Sequence record: NC_055733.1
DNA length: 64,000 nt
Direction: 5' to 3' (one strand)
The first letter of the stretch is position 1. Each line of letters begins with the position of its first letter. A program made the position numbers and the translations under genes. Below the pieces are notes generated by a model that saw only the letters and a program-made list of their open reading frames with translations, had not been told where the DNA came from and did no database searches. Below are positions 34,889-46,500 of this stretch, piece after piece.

Positions 34889-34907
34889 TTTATCTCCAAT
34901 AAGGAGC

Positions 34908-36551
34908 TTACGCCTCCATTTTAAACACATAGTTACCGGAATCCCATATACGACGATATCCATTATTGTACATGTTTTCATGTTCGGTCAAATTTTCATC
35001 GAACGTTTCCAATTTGTCTTTGAGCATATGCTTCATGAAACCGCTACGATGCGTCGTTTTGCCATTTTTCACGTAGAAATAACATGGCCGACTGATATGC
35101 AGCTCCTTAAATCCTAGCTTACGGTAAAAGTTTCCATCCGACCACCTACGATTCGCATAGCTGATTATCGATCCAAAATGATTCTTTCTGAAATGATTTA
35201 GCAGTCTGGAACCAGCACCAACAACGCTAGTGTGTAGCTTGTTGCAGAATCGAATCAACTCATAATTGGCGTCGGAATAACGAGCTTTGCCGAATGTCAT
35301 CAAACTAACGAGTTCATCGTTATGAAATAACCCATATCTGATACTGCCGATTGCAGACCCACCCTGTAAATGGTTTTTATCGCAGAAGTCCGATGCGGTA
35401 GAACTATCAACCTCTTTTATAACACACTTTCTGGCATAGAGTCTAGCTGATTTTCCGAATGCGTTTTCAATGACCGATTTCCAGATCTCTCGTTTCTTAT
35501 CATCTAGCCACTCGTCCTCAAATACATGGTATAATCGTATTCCTAGTTTCTCACACTCGTTTGTTTTATCAACATGCTTGCGCATGAACTCATTGTCGGT
35601 AGAGGTATCACCGGAGCTGTGCCAATAAACACCGTTATACTCGATAGCAATTTTATAACGTTCGTCGTATATATCAAGCTCACTTCTTCCGTGTTTACCA
35701 ATCATACGAACGGATTGTTTTACCGATGTGGAAAATGTTTTTGTGTGATTGAAAACTTCCGTCTCCGCCAAAGACACAGAACTCACGCATTTAGGACACC
35801 CTGATCCCTGCAACAGATAATATGCCTTCGTTGTGAACAACCCATGAGTTGGACACTTTACATTGACCGAATTATGACTGCTCTTATAGATAGTTTCCGA
35901 ATAATCATACTCTGGATGTATTTTGGATATTTCTGATATAAATTCGGAGCTAGTATATTGGTGTTTGTTTGAGCATTTAGGACATCCGAATCCCCGAAGA
36001 TGAACGTCGGGACGTTGTGGAAAATCTCCGTGAATTCTGCAGGTAATCATAACATCAGTAGACGAATCAACATAATGGACGTTCTCATAAGAAAACGTAT
36101 TGCCGTGTTCCTCTATTGCCTTATGTATAAATCGTTCTTGTATTGAGTCTATTCCTGTGTGGCATTTAATACATCCTCCATTCTTTAATTTGAAATGGGA
36201 TTGTTCTTCGACCGAAAACTTGCCATGTTTCTTACAAATCAATTCCATTCTTTTTGAAAACTCAGTTGGATAATTGAATCTTTCTCCGAATATTAACTTT
36301 GATCGTCTAATGAATCGTTGTATGTCGGTCTCTCCTACCTCTGTATTGGTCGCACAGTTTTTACATCCTCCATGTTTTAATCTACAGTGCGCGTTGGCAT
36401 TTACAATGAAATTTCCGTGTATCTTGCATGTCACCGTTATGTCATTAGCATTTGTGGTATATACAGTGTTGCTATAATCGAATCGATTTCCGTGTTTTGT
36501 TCTAGCTCGATTTATAAACTCAGATTGTGTTATTCTTTTTCTTCCTGTCAT
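34908..36551 (-). mobile_element. Free-standing Hef-like homing endonuclease gene
   Basis: Four C-x2-H...GC-x2-C zinc repeats, ELDIY...AIEYNGVYWH nuclease motif, LYARKC...NHLQG...SYANRRWS domain; inserted between 32 and frd. Confidence 0.8.
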
Positions 36552-36567
36552 CGCATATTCTCCAAAA

Positions 36568-36597
36568 TAAAAAAGCCACTCAATGAGTGGCTTTTAT
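36568..36597 (-). terminator. Intrinsic terminator after gene 32
   Basis: AAAAGCCACTC-ATT-GAGTGGCTTTTTT. Confidence 0.88.
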
Positions 36598-36624
36598 TGT
36601 CTCACTTGTCGGTCAACAAGTCAA

Positions 36625-37533
36625 TTAGATTTCGTTCAGCAGATCATCCAGATCGGTGTCTACGGTACCAGCGGAGCCGGTATTGAACGGAACGTCGTCA
36701 TCATCTTTCTCAGACTTGGAAGCCGGAGTATTTTCAAACTGTTCCATCTGTTTTTCGAAGTCATCAGCAGCGCGAGCGTTAGAACGCTTCTCGGCACCCA
36801 TAACACGATTGAACACAGTGGTCAGATCTTCCATAGACTTGAATTTATCTTTGGAGATCAGGCTCATGATATCATGCATTTGTTCGAACAACTGAGCTTG
36901 ATAAGCTTCGTCTTCGATGTTTGCAATCGGACATTGTTTGCCAAATGTGCTCGAATCGTAGTTGTTATTACCGCCCACTTTAGTCACTTTAAAGGAGAAG
37001 TTTTTACCTTCGAACGGACAAGTTACGTCGCACGGTTCTTCACCCAGATCGGTGTTAACATCGACCTCAGCTTGAATTTTCTGCATCACTTTTTTCCCGA
37101 ATCGAAACTTGAAAACTTTGCCTTCGTTGTCTGGGTTAGCCGGATCTTTGATTACCAGAATGTTTGCCCAGAACGCGGTCTTGCGAGTTACACCAGAAGC
37201 ATACATAGCTTTCTTGTCGGCTTCGTTGTTGTAATCCCAGTTTTGTTCTTTGATCCACTGGCAAGCTGGACAGTTATCGTAATCGCCGTGAGTGCTGGAG
37301 CAATTCTCGATATACCATTTACCGTTGCGCTGGAAACCGTGATTTACGAGCTTAACGAAAGTGGTAGCATTATCACCCTTAGCAGGCAAGAAACGAATAA
37401 CAGCGGCACCGTTACCTTGTTTGTCTTGAGTCAGTTTCCACTCAGTGGCATCAGATTCGAAACCTTTCTTGGCAGAGAAGGCAGCCAGTTGTTGTTGCAG
37501 TTGGGACGGGTCTTTGCGCTTGAAAATAGACAT
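36625..37533 (-). CDS. 32: Single-stranded DNA-binding protein gp32
   Basis: FKRKDPSQL, WKL..DKQGNG.AVIRFLP, WYIENCSSTHGDYDNCPAC, acidic tail DLDDLL. Confidence 0.97.
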   Translation of the reverse strand: MSIFKRKDPSQLQQQLAAFSAKKGFESDATEWKLTQDKQGNGAAVIRFLPAKGDNATTFVKLVNHGFQRNGKWYIENCSSTHGDYDNCPACQWIKEQNWDYNNEADKKAMYASGVTRKTAFWANILVIKDPANPDNEGKVFKFRFGKKVMQKIQAEVDVNTDLGEEPCDVTCPFEGKNFSFKVTKVGGNNNYDSSTFGKQCPIANIEDEAYQAQLFEQMHDIMSLISKDKFKSMEDLTTVFNRVMGAEKRSNARAADDFEKQMEQFENTPASKSEKDDDDVPFNTGSAGTVDTDLDDLLNEI

Positions 37534-37591
37534 TACAGTTTTTCCTTTTATCAGTTTTACAGTTTGATTTAGTTTGATTGGTATGCTTCAT
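37451..37591 (-). other. Upstream ORF (46 codons) overlapping the gene 32 start out of frame
   Basis: CTGAGGAA SD plus ATG at 37591, 58 nt before the gene 32 ATG. Confidence 0.45.
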
Positions 37592-37612
37592 AATATATTC
37601 CTCAGATTTATG

Positions 37613-38260
37613 TTATAGCTTGTTTTGATTAGCTATCTCGATAAAACAGGCTTTCGCTTGTTCTTTATTTATGAGCGTCAGTTGGCGGTAGGCTTTAATT
37701 CTAGCCGCATACCCGTTAGCCCATACATGGTCTTCAAGTGTATCATAACTATCAACGAACTTAAACAAAGAATCGAGAATAATCATTGTTTCATAACTGA
37801 TTGTACCAGTTTGAACAAACTTGAATATCCATGGTTGCCCGTTTGTTGAGTAAATCAGATCCTTGAATCTCATGTCCTTTTTACGGGCGAAGTAAAACAT
37901 CTGCTCTACTTCTTCTTTAAACACCGAACTCATTCGCTCATAGCGACCGAGTGCAGTACGATAGAACGTAACGGCATCAGCGTTAGCAATGTCACCGCTC
38001 CAAGCGTCTGGGTTCGCTGCAAAGTTCACAGTCATAATAGCAGCTAGTTCACCAAGAGTAAACTTTTTTGCTAATCTTTCGTATATAGCTCGACTACGAT
38101 GTTTGACGAAACTTTGTTCGGATGCCCTGATAGGAGCCCACTGGTACTTGAGAATGTCATACTTACCAGCAAAGTGATTTTTAAGCGTCAGATAAAGACG
38201 ATATACACTAATGCCGTTGATCATCATTTTCGGCTTGGGCGGTAACACCAGTTCAATCAT
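37613..38260 (-). CDS. 59: Helicase loader gp59
   Basis: INGISVYRLYL.LKNHF.GKYD..KY, IFEK-like IYERLAKKF, ISYET.IILDS. Confidence 0.93.
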   Translation of the reverse strand: MIELVLPPKPKMMINGISVYRLYLTLKNHFAGKYDILKYQWAPIRASEQSFVKHRSRAIYERLAKKFTLGELAAIMTVNFAANPDAWSGDIANADAVTFYRTALGRYERMSSVFKEEVEQMFYFARKKDMRFKDLIYSTNGQPWIFKFVQTGTISYETMIILDSLFKFVDSYDTLEDHVWANGYAARIKAYRQLTLINKEQAKACFIEIANQNKL

Positions 38261-38487
38261 TCTAAAAATGCCAACGTTGCATTATGAGTGGGTTTAATTG
38301 TCCGACTCTCAATTCCTTCTTCTTCGATTTTATCCTTCAACGCTGGATAAATATACTTTGGAATATCGTTCGGATCAATATCCATTTCTTCGGCGATTTC
38401 TAAGCAAGATTCGATAAGGGAGAGCTCCTTTTCGCGAGCCCTCTCTTCCACTTTCATGCTGAAATCAATTTTACTGATCTCTGCCAT
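38257..38487 (-). CDS. 33: Late transcription co-activator gp33
   Basis: FS..VEE, LIESC, LKDKIEEE; syntenic between 59 and dsbA. Confidence 0.85.
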   Translation of the reverse strand: MAEISKIDFSMKVEERAREKELSLIESCLEIAEEMDIDPNDIPKYIYPALKDKIEEEGIESRTIKPTHNATLAFLE

Positions 38488-38494
38488 GATATCC

Positions 38495-38782
38495 TTACTT
38501 ACGCGGGAAAGCAGCGTCGTACTTTTCCAGAATCTCGTCGTTCTCAGCTTCTACTTGATCGCGCTCACGCTTGAAGTAGATTTTCAGCATTTTGTTGAAC
38601 TCTTTACCTTCCAGACCAAGTTCAGCCTTAGCACCATCGCGAATCTCTTTGATCTTTTCTTTGAAAGATTCGATCTGAGTCAAGTGACCTTCGGCTTCTT
38701 GAATCATTTCTGCCAGACGTTCAGAGTGCGCGTTAACGTTAAATTCAACTTTCGGCTTTTTGGCTTTCTTTTCAGTAGTCAT
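38495..38782 (-). CDS. dsbA: dsDNA-binding protein DsbA
   Basis: VEFN, IKEIRDGAKAELG..GK.FN...KIYF. Confidence 0.9.
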   Translation of the reverse strand: MTTEKKAKKPKVEFNVNAHSERLAEMIQEAEGHLTQIESFKEKIKEIRDGAKAELGLEGKEFNKMLKIYFKRERDQVEAENDEILEKYDAAFPRK

Positions 38783-38819
38783 TTTTCAGTTCTCTCTGTT
38801 ATTAAGTTCGTTTATCTTA

Positions 38820-39740
38820 TCAAAACTCGTTTACGTGGTCAAGCAGTTTTTTGATTGCTTTCTTCACGAAATACGGGTAAATCTTGCTACGACCTGGGAC
38901 TTTGATTGTCTCAAACTCCTTGATAATCGCTTGGCGAATGTTATCAGGAATCATTTCAAAGTCAACTAATTCACGGTTCTCATTATAACGTGTGAACTCG
39001 TCACCTGTAAACAGAACAGACGGGTCTTTCTCTTCAAACGCTTGTGCCAACAGCTTAGAGCTTATTGACTTCTGACGCTCGCCGTCAAGTTTTGTGAGAA
39101 TAAAATCAGAACGCGACTTGATGTTAGCAATACCGTCACCACTATCACCTTTGATGATCTTGGTAATCAGATCTTTGCGCCAAGTGCCTTCTTTGGGTTT
39201 GACCCACTTCTTCTGACCTGGGCTCCACTGTTTAACGTTTTTGTAACGTTGTGTTTGTGTCATATCGCCATCGGACGATACTACCAAAACAGGAGCATCG
39301 GGGAATTTTTCATCCAGATACTTACACAGAACACCGATAATATCATCTGCTTCGGTATGAGGCAAGATCAAAGTTTTGTACGGCATGTTTTCACGGAGTT
39401 CATACGCTACCGTTTTAATACTGTCAAAAATTGACTCCCAATCCCAATCAGACTCTTTGCGATCTTTCTCCCGATGCTTCTTATAGAAGTAATATTTTTG
39501 ACGTCTCCAGTATCCACCATCAGCACTGTTATCCACAGCAATGATAATATTCGGATACTCTTGCTTGCGGTTAAGCACGTTGTATTTCAACGAACTTAGA
39601 ATGAGGTGACGGACCAGATTGGCATCAATCTTATCGGTCGGCTCATATGTTTGCATGATTGTTGCAATAGCGATTTGGCTAAAGTCAAAGATACAGAATC
39701 CTTGGCTATCAGCTTCATCCATAAACTGTGCTAAACTCAT
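38820..39740 (-). CDS. rnh: RNase H / 5'-3' exonuclease
   Basis: FDFSQIAIA, YWRR..Y..YK..R, EADDIIG, SSDGD..Q, KGDSGDGIANI. Confidence 0.95.
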   Translation of the reverse strand: MSLAQFMDEADSQGFCIFDFSQIAIATIMQTYEPTDKIDANLVRHLILSSLKYNVLNRKQEYPNIIIAVDNSADGGYWRRQKYYFYKKHREKDRKESDWDWESIFDSIKTVAYELRENMPYKTLILPHTEADDIIGVLCKYLDEKFPDAPVLVVSSDGDMTQTQRYKNVKQWSPGQKKWVKPKEGTWRKDLITKIIKGDSGDGIANIKSRSDFILTKLDGERQKSISSKLLAQAFEEKDPSVLFTGDEFTRYNENRELVDFEMIPDNIRQAIIKEFETIKVPGRSKIYPYFVKKAIKKLLDHVNEF

Positions 39741-39787
39741 GGTTTTCCTTATTACCGTCTTAGAACGGATCGTTTTCAGACTTTTTA

Positions 39788-39794
39788 CTAAATA
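39788..39794 (+). promoter_or_regulatory. Late promoter CTAAATA for gene 34
   Basis: TACTAAATA about 30 nt upstream of ATG. Confidence 0.7.
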
Positions 39795-39824
39795 ATAGCA
39801 TAACACACAAAACGAGGTAACGCA

Positions 39825-42800
39825 ATGGCTTTACAACCACTTCGCGCAACGGCAGGTTTGGATGCTGCTGGTAAACGCGCTATAAACTTCGGCTACCCGG
39901 ACAAGTCATTCGGTGGAGACGGCGTTAACGTTGATTTCTTTATCTACGAAAACACAATTCAACCTCATAGTCCGAGCAGAACATATCCAAAAGATTTCGC
40001 AGTAGTATACAATGACCGTATCTATATCAGTCAAGTGGCAATTACCGCACCAGAAGCATTCAACCTCAACAAGTGGAAAGCAACTCGTGTTGACCCATCT
40101 TGGAGAGTTGTTACTTCTACCGCTAACTTGCAGGGAAACGTTCGTCAGGGTGAATACATCCTATCGCAAGTTGTCGGTGCAAACTCAGTATACACTATGC
40201 CGTTCGATGCTGCAAACGGCATTCCGGCTGCTGGTGATACCGTAGTTGTCAAAGATAACGGATTCGCTACACACGATTATGAAATCGTTGTTAACGGTAA
40301 CGGTAAAAACATCAACGGACATCCAACATATCGCATTACTCTTGCTGGGTCAACCACTGTTTTCATTTACAATGGTACCGAGTGGGTAGCTCAAGTTTGG
40401 TCGCCTGGAGAGCATAACAGAACTTATGTTAGTTCGTCAAGCTATATTCCAGGAGAAAACTGGTTCCGTGCTAAAGTTGGCGATCATCTTGTTCGTGAAA
40501 CTCAGTACGGTGGCGGTATTCGTATTCGTTTGCCACGCTATGCGAATCATGGAGATACAATTGTCACTTATGACTTGGACGGACTAAACCCAGTAACCAA
40601 AACTGAGTTGTTTGTTTATCCAAACAGCGGACATAAAATTTTGACCGGTGTTGGCGCAACTCCTGTTGACTCGGTAAAATCCGACACAACCGGATTTGGT
40701 TATTTCATCTTCGATGCTCGCACAAATCAGTGGAGAATTTTCGAAAGTGACAGAGCCGTTCGTTGGAACAGGATTGAGTCCAATTATACCGCGATTCTTG
40801 GCGAAAAATTGGCAGTTCATGCTGCGAAATCTACAGATACAATCACGGTTACTTTCCCACAAGATGCATCAAACGGTGATAGTTTCATCATTGATACAAG
40901 CTATATGGTACAGGGTTCTAAGATTGTTCTCAAGATTCCGGATGCACAAGCGAATGACTACATTGTACCAGATGATAACGCTTTGTCAACCCCGTATGTC
41001 ACGAAATATCGTGATATCGTAAAAGATCTAACTAAGTTCACAACTAAGTCAGAGAGCTTGACGATTGACGGACGTTCTCACCAATGGGAATTCACTTACT
41101 TCCGAAATGCGCTGAACACTGGGTTGGATGTATGGGTATTGATTACAAACTCTCCTGTTCCTTTCCGTGTTGATCGCAATGATACATCATTTGTTGGTCT
41201 AGCTGCAATTGCTAACCAAGAGGAAGTGAACAAAAACAAAGAGCAGATCACTGCCGGGCAAAATCGCGACTGTGAAGCATTTGTTACACCAGAAACATTA
41301 GCAAACAAAATCGCCACAATGACAATGCGCGGTATCGCTCGTATCGCAACCGACGCCGAAAGTAAAGCAACTTCTGGTAACAACGAGGCTTGGAACGGAG
41401 TTATCATGACTCCAGAAAAAGTCAACAACAGACTAGCTACCGAGACAATGCGCGGTGTTTTGACTGTAGCGACCCAAGCACAAGCTAACGCTATGAGCGG
41501 CACCGGTGAAATGTGGGCACAGACTGCAATTACTCCAAAAGTCCTTGACGGACGTAAAGCAACTGAAACCCAAACCGGTATTACTTATCAAGTAATCCAA
41601 GCTGGCGCAAAACAAGCAGAGCGTGGAACAAAAGGTGTTGGTGTTCATGATTTCGATGAACATTACCGTTATGTTACACCAAAAACTCTGTTTGAGAAAG
41701 TAGCAACTGATACCTCACAAGGTATGGGCTTCACCGCAACTCAAGCAGAAGCAAACGCAGGCACAGACAATCATGCAAATGGTCCTCTGTTTGTTACCGC
41801 CAAAACTCTGCATGGAAGACAAGCTACTACAGAACTAACCGGTCTGTCAAGAGCTGTTACCGATGCCGAAATGAGTTCTAACACTCCGCCAACTGGCGAT
41901 AACATTCATGTTACGCCGGATGCGATTGTTAAACGCACAGCAAACGAAACTCGATGGGGTCTGGCAGAAACCGCAACTCAAGCAGAAGTTGATGCTGGCG
42001 TTTTGCATGATCGCTACTTTATCACTCCACTGACAAACAAAGTGTGGCTAGACGGTACACGATTGACAGTTGAAGATTCGAGCGGTTTGACTACAGAGGG
42101 AACGATTTGGAAAGGTCAAAAGTTTGATATTAAACTAGCAACCGAGACACAACGCGGATCATTGCGTGTAGCTACTCAAGCAGAAAGCAACACAATGATC
42201 AATCCGATCGACGACACTGTTATTACTCCGAAAAAGCTTAATGCCAGAGTCGCCACTGAGACTTTGACTGGTATCATTGAGATTGCAACTAAAGCAGAAG
42301 CAGACACAGGCACAGACGCTACCAGAGCTATGACTCCAATTCGTGTAATTGATTCAATTCGCACAAGTGTAAATCACAGAATGACCGATAGTCGTTACGG
42401 TGTTGGTATGATGTGTGTATTGGCAAATGATGCAAGCGCAAATACGGTTTGGCAAGGTGATGATATTAAAGGATCAACTCGTCCTATTGGAAGCTATGCA
42501 AATGATAATATCGTTGTTAGTCCAAGAGCATTGAATACCGCGCTGTCTCATTATTTGCCTATTCTAGGTGTTGCTGAAAGTTCGCGTTCTATGGACACAG
42601 CGGACGGAACAAGAGTAGAAGCGGATGATTGGATTCGTCGCACAGTCGCACAGACTATTACCGGAGCAATGAAGTTTACAGAAAACGTCGTTGTTGAAAA
42701 GAGAACAACTCGTATTGTTCTTAACGATTCTGGAACCGGACATAATACATGCATTCAATATTCTACAAAAGCAAAAGACACCGGTTGGCTAACTGGAGTG

Positions 42801-43532
42801 ATTGTATTGGACGGTTCGTTTATCATAGGAACAACAATCGATTCTAACATGACTCCGGTTGCGACTTTTGGTAGAAACGGAACACTAACAACCGCTGGAA
42901 TTGTTTCTAATGGCGGACAAGATCCAACTAATGCCAATCACTTGACACGTTGGGATTATACCGAAAATCGTTATATGCGCAAGACTGGAAACTTTGATGA
43001 AACTATTACAGGTTTCAAGACATTCCAGAACAACACAACGTTTAGTGCTGGCGCCGGTAACGCATTCAGTATTAAAATTGGTCCTGATTCTGAGAAAGCT
43101 GGTATTTACGCTCACCCGGATGGAACACTTGCAATTGGATCAAACGGAACTTTGCGTTTGCGTCCACGCTCAATGACAGATGCTACCAATCAAACATCGA
43201 TTGATACAAACGGCGTAATGACTGTGGCTAGTCAAGTTAAATCTTTGGCAACCGCACCGAAAGACGCTAATGACTTAACCCGCAAGGATTACGTCGATGG
43301 ATTGGTTGACGATGTTACCAAGTCTGCTGATATTCGCGTAAATAAGAAAGGTGACAACATGACTGGTGAATTGATTATTACGTCTCCGCAAGCTATTACA
43401 GCAAACGGTGATGTGACTATCAAAGAATTGCTAACAGTTAAACGTCTGAGAATTGAAGTCGGCAACGGCGAGTTCTTGGAAATCAGACCAAACGCAACAA
43501 CCAGATCTGTTGATTTCGTATGGATTAGTTAA
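39825..43532 (+). CDS. 34: Long tail fibre proximal subunit gp34
   Basis: RATAGLDAAGKRAIN, GVNVDFF; repeated ATET..G...IATQAE...VTP motifs; 1235 aa. Confidence 0.95.
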   Translation: MALQPLRATAGLDAAGKRAINFGYPDKSFGGDGVNVDFFIYENTIQPHSPSRTYPKDFAVVYNDRIYISQVAITAPEAFNLNKWKATRVDPSWRVVTSTANLQGNVRQGEYILSQVVGANSVYTMPFDAANGIPAAGDTVVVKDNGFATHDYEIVVNGNGKNINGHPTYRITLAGSTTVFIYNGTEWVAQVWSPGEHNRTYVSSSSYIPGENWFRAKVGDHLVRETQYGGGIRIRLPRYANHGDTIVTYDLDGLNPVTKTELFVYPNSGHKILTGVGATPVDSVKSDTTGFGYFIFDARTNQWRIFESDRAVRWNRIESNYTAILGEKLAVHAAKSTDTITVTFPQDASNGDSFIIDTSYMVQGSKIVLKIPDAQANDYIVPDDNALSTPYVTKYRDIVKDLTKFTTKSESLTIDGRSHQWEFTYFRNALNTGLDVWVLITNSPVPFRVDRNDTSFVGLAAIANQEEVNKNKEQITAGQNRDCEAFVTPETLANKIATMTMRGIARIATDAESKATSGNNEAWNGVIMTPEKVNNRLATETMRGVLTVATQAQANAMSGTGEMWAQTAITPKVLDGRKATETQTGITYQVIQAGAKQAERGTKGVGVHDFDEHYRYVTPKTLFEKVATDTSQGMGFTATQAEANAGTDNHANGPLFVTAKTLHGRQATTELTGLSRAVTDAEMSSNTPPTGDNIHVTPDAIVKRTANETRWGLAETATQAEVDAGVLHDRYFITPLTNKVWLDGTRLTVEDSSGLTTEGTIWKGQKFDIKLATETQRGSLRVATQAESNTMINPIDDTVITPKKLNARVATETLTGIIEIATKAEADTGTDATRAMTPIRVIDSIRTSVNHRMTDSRYGVGMMCVLANDASANTVWQGDDIKGSTRPIGSYANDNIVVSPRALNTALSHYLPILGVAESSRSMDTADGTRVEADDWIRRTVAQTITGAMKFTENVVVEKRTTRIVLNDSGTGHNTCIQYSTKAKDTGWLTGVIVLDGSFIIGTTIDSNMTPVATFGRNGTLTTAGIVSNGGQDPTNANHLTRWDYTENRYMRKTGNFDETITGFKTFQNNTTFSAGAGNAFSIKIGPDSEKAGIYAHPDGTLAIGSNGTLRLRPRSMTDATNQTSIDTNGVMTVASQVKSLATAPKDANDLTRKDYVDGLVDDVTKSADIRVNKKGDNMTGELIITSPQAITANGDVTIKELLTVKRLRIEVGNGEFLEIRPNATTRSVDFVWIS

Positions 43533-43542
43533 CGGAGGCCAA

Positions 43543-46500
43543 ATGGCTGAATTAGTTATTGCCCGTGTTACTGAACAGGGTATACAAGCGCGTGATTTGT
43601 CGGAAACATTTTCTGGCGATAACGAGTTGATCATTAAGGGTCAACAGGGCAACGCAGGGGGAACTTGCGTTGCCGCCCTAAATGGAGTCAGCCTTAGCCC
43701 TTCAAATTTGAAGGGCTTAAACTGCATTCATTTAACAGAAGATTTCAAATCAACCGCCATGACGTTTGATTTTAGTGTGTCAACGGACACAGATCGATTT
43801 ATCAATTGGGTAAACGGAATTTCAACCGGTATTATTCTTCTAATGAGTCATACCGAAAACGTTACCAACGATAAGCTAAACACGTATTTTGATCAAATAG
43901 GAAGCGTTGGTTGGAAATATTATTGGAATCCAGACAAGGGAACTCACCGTAGTTCTTATGTCGCTATTATTGATTGTCCACTGAAAAAGATCATGACTGA
44001 ACAGTTTATGGGTCATGGTAAAACAACAATGCAGGCCCAGCTATGTGTCGTATTTGATACATTCGCGGATATTGGTGTTACCGGTTATGGTGATATGCTC
44101 GCGTGGGAAGAAAATGAGGTATTCGTTGAAACACCTGGTTACGGAGTAGTTACGTATTTTGATAATAAACCACAAACTCTGAATATTAAACCAGGTGAAA
44201 TGATTGAGATAAATGCCGAAGTTTGGAAATCAAAAGAAGCGCACGCCGCTGGAACTGGTTCCGCACTAATCGTACAGTTCTGGGGAGATCCAATTCCTCC
44301 GGCAACTGGCAATCCGGGCTCAAGATATATTAGCTCGTTTAGCGTTAATGCTAAAGGAGTTGAAACTTGGGAAAAAGGAACAAATAGTGCGATTGTTCCG
44401 GCTGCATGTACGAGAATAGAGGCAACTCTATATCGATATCCAAACAAAAATAGCAGTGCAAAAATTGGTATCCGCGATGTTATGATTAAACTCAAAAAGC
44501 CGGATGTTGTTAAACAACGTTCAAACGGTACTGTTGGTCAGTGGGGTTTTATTACCGCTAATGCGAATGCAGCCGAAAGTTCTGCTAACTGGGTAGCGAG
44601 TTCCAAAGGACAAGATTTGATTACTCATTCATATGAAGAATTGGATCAAGAATGGCTACCTCAATTTAATCAAGACGGACATTTTGATATTCCAGATTGG
44701 ATTCCAGGATCTAAATTTGAAATCAGTCAGACTATTTCATATGATTATCCTGTTGACGGAGAAACTTGGATGCGTTCCGGAATGGGTGGAGTTACCGACG
44801 GAAAAGAAGATCGTAGTTTGAGGATGGGAATCCGTACCATTAATCATCCAGACGGAGAAGCACATTCTTTATTTTACGCAGGTGCGAGATCCGACACAAA
44901 AGCAACAATTGAATATGGTAGACCATATACATATAAAATTGTTGTTGACGGAGCAAATGTCCAATTCTTTATTGACGGCGTAGAGCAACCTAAAATTGGA
45001 ACAACAACTCCGTTTAGACAAGTAACCCATTTCGCGGTTGGAGCAGAGAAGCGAGGAAATACATATATCCATCGTATTCGTGGTTCCGTTCATGAACTTA
45101 ATATGATTGATAAAACAAGAACAGACGGAACAAATGATCGTTATTATAACTTTGTTCGTCCTGGACAACTCGATGATAAAAGAACAGTTCCTGGAAAATC
45201 TCGTTGGTCCGGCATCGAATACTTTGCCGATAACGTTACGCCGGATGATAGCGCGAACACTCTTTACTGTGGAGCTGGGTCAAAGCTTGTGCCAGGCGGC
45301 CTAAGCGATGATAGCACGGATGTATATGTCACGATACTAGATGCGGGTGGAAACACGTTGGCGCACGGACTAGAGCTTAATAAGCGATATCTATGTCGAC
45401 CTAAGTGGCTAGATAACCCCAGACTGGATTGGGTACAATCTCAAAGTCAATTTGCACTGAGAAATCCACTGTCTCCAACGTCGGGAGCTTGGATTGTTGA
45501 AGAAGCTGGTAAAAACGCAAAGACTATGAAAGTCAGAATAGAATGTGTTACATCGCCAAAAATAAACGGAACCGTTACCAACGTTGACTGGATCGATATT
45601 AACAAGCAAATCGCTGGATTCAATGGAGTCAATCAATGCGCGGATATTCCCATGTGGAAAGGCCCGGGAGAGTTTCAAGTTAAGTTCAACTATGAGAAAA
45701 CCGGACAAGCCCAATACGTGTTAGAAGGAAGAACGTCTACCGAAACAGATAACAAATACGGCTATATCTATATTAATAGCGCGGACTCTATTGACGTAGG
45801 CGGGTCTATTGTTGTATCTACTATTAACGGCATGCCGTATACCAACGGAATGAAAGTTGTTCCTAACACAGACTATCTGATTTGTGGTTATATCAGAGAA
45901 GGAAGTCAAGTAAACCGAATTGGTGCTCGATACAACAATATTGAGTATTTCAAAGGTTATATCTGGGATCTCTCATTTGACGGATCTTCCGATGACCGTT
46001 ATTACAAAAATTATAACGTGAGTCGTTATGATGCATATAACAACTATATCAGAGACGAGTTAGGAAAGTCCAGAACAATTTATTCGAATGTGAATCTAAA
46101 TGACTTTTCTTTCTTTACTACCGCTGTGAAGCAGAATACAAAGTCTTATAAGTTCAATACCGCTACAACTCCGAGTGGATCAGTTCTTAAAATAGACGCA
46201 AAGAAAGGAATGATGTTGAGGATCGATTTTGATATTTCCGGAGAAACGGAATACGAACTAAGATACTCTAATACCCATGACGGTAACGCTCCGGTTATAA
46301 AACGTCTTCCGGCTGGTCGTAATAGGGGATCGTTGTGCTATAACGTGACTACAGATAATCACGGTATCTACATTCGCACAATAAGTCCTAAAGCGAATGA
46401 GACTGTTTTTGTTAGTAGACTTAATGTGAGCGAGGTATACACCCACGCAATCATTAGTAATACCGAAGGCAAAGACTATAAGCTGGACGAAAGAGAATCT

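Noticed and set aside
34889-34981. Long N-terminal extensions in the ORF track (frd, 30, rnh, 35, 30.2 and others)
   Set aside because: Downstream ATGs have SDs and match homologue starts; the extensions overlap neighbours or promoters.
36583-37572. 329-aa + strand ORF antisense to gene 32
   Set aside because: Shadow ORF of a highly expressed gene; no protein features.
41200-42400. Repeats in gene 34 as an array or DGR
   Set aside because: Degenerate protein-level ATET/ATQAE fibre repeats typical of gp34; no identical DNA repeats with spacers and no reverse transcriptase.
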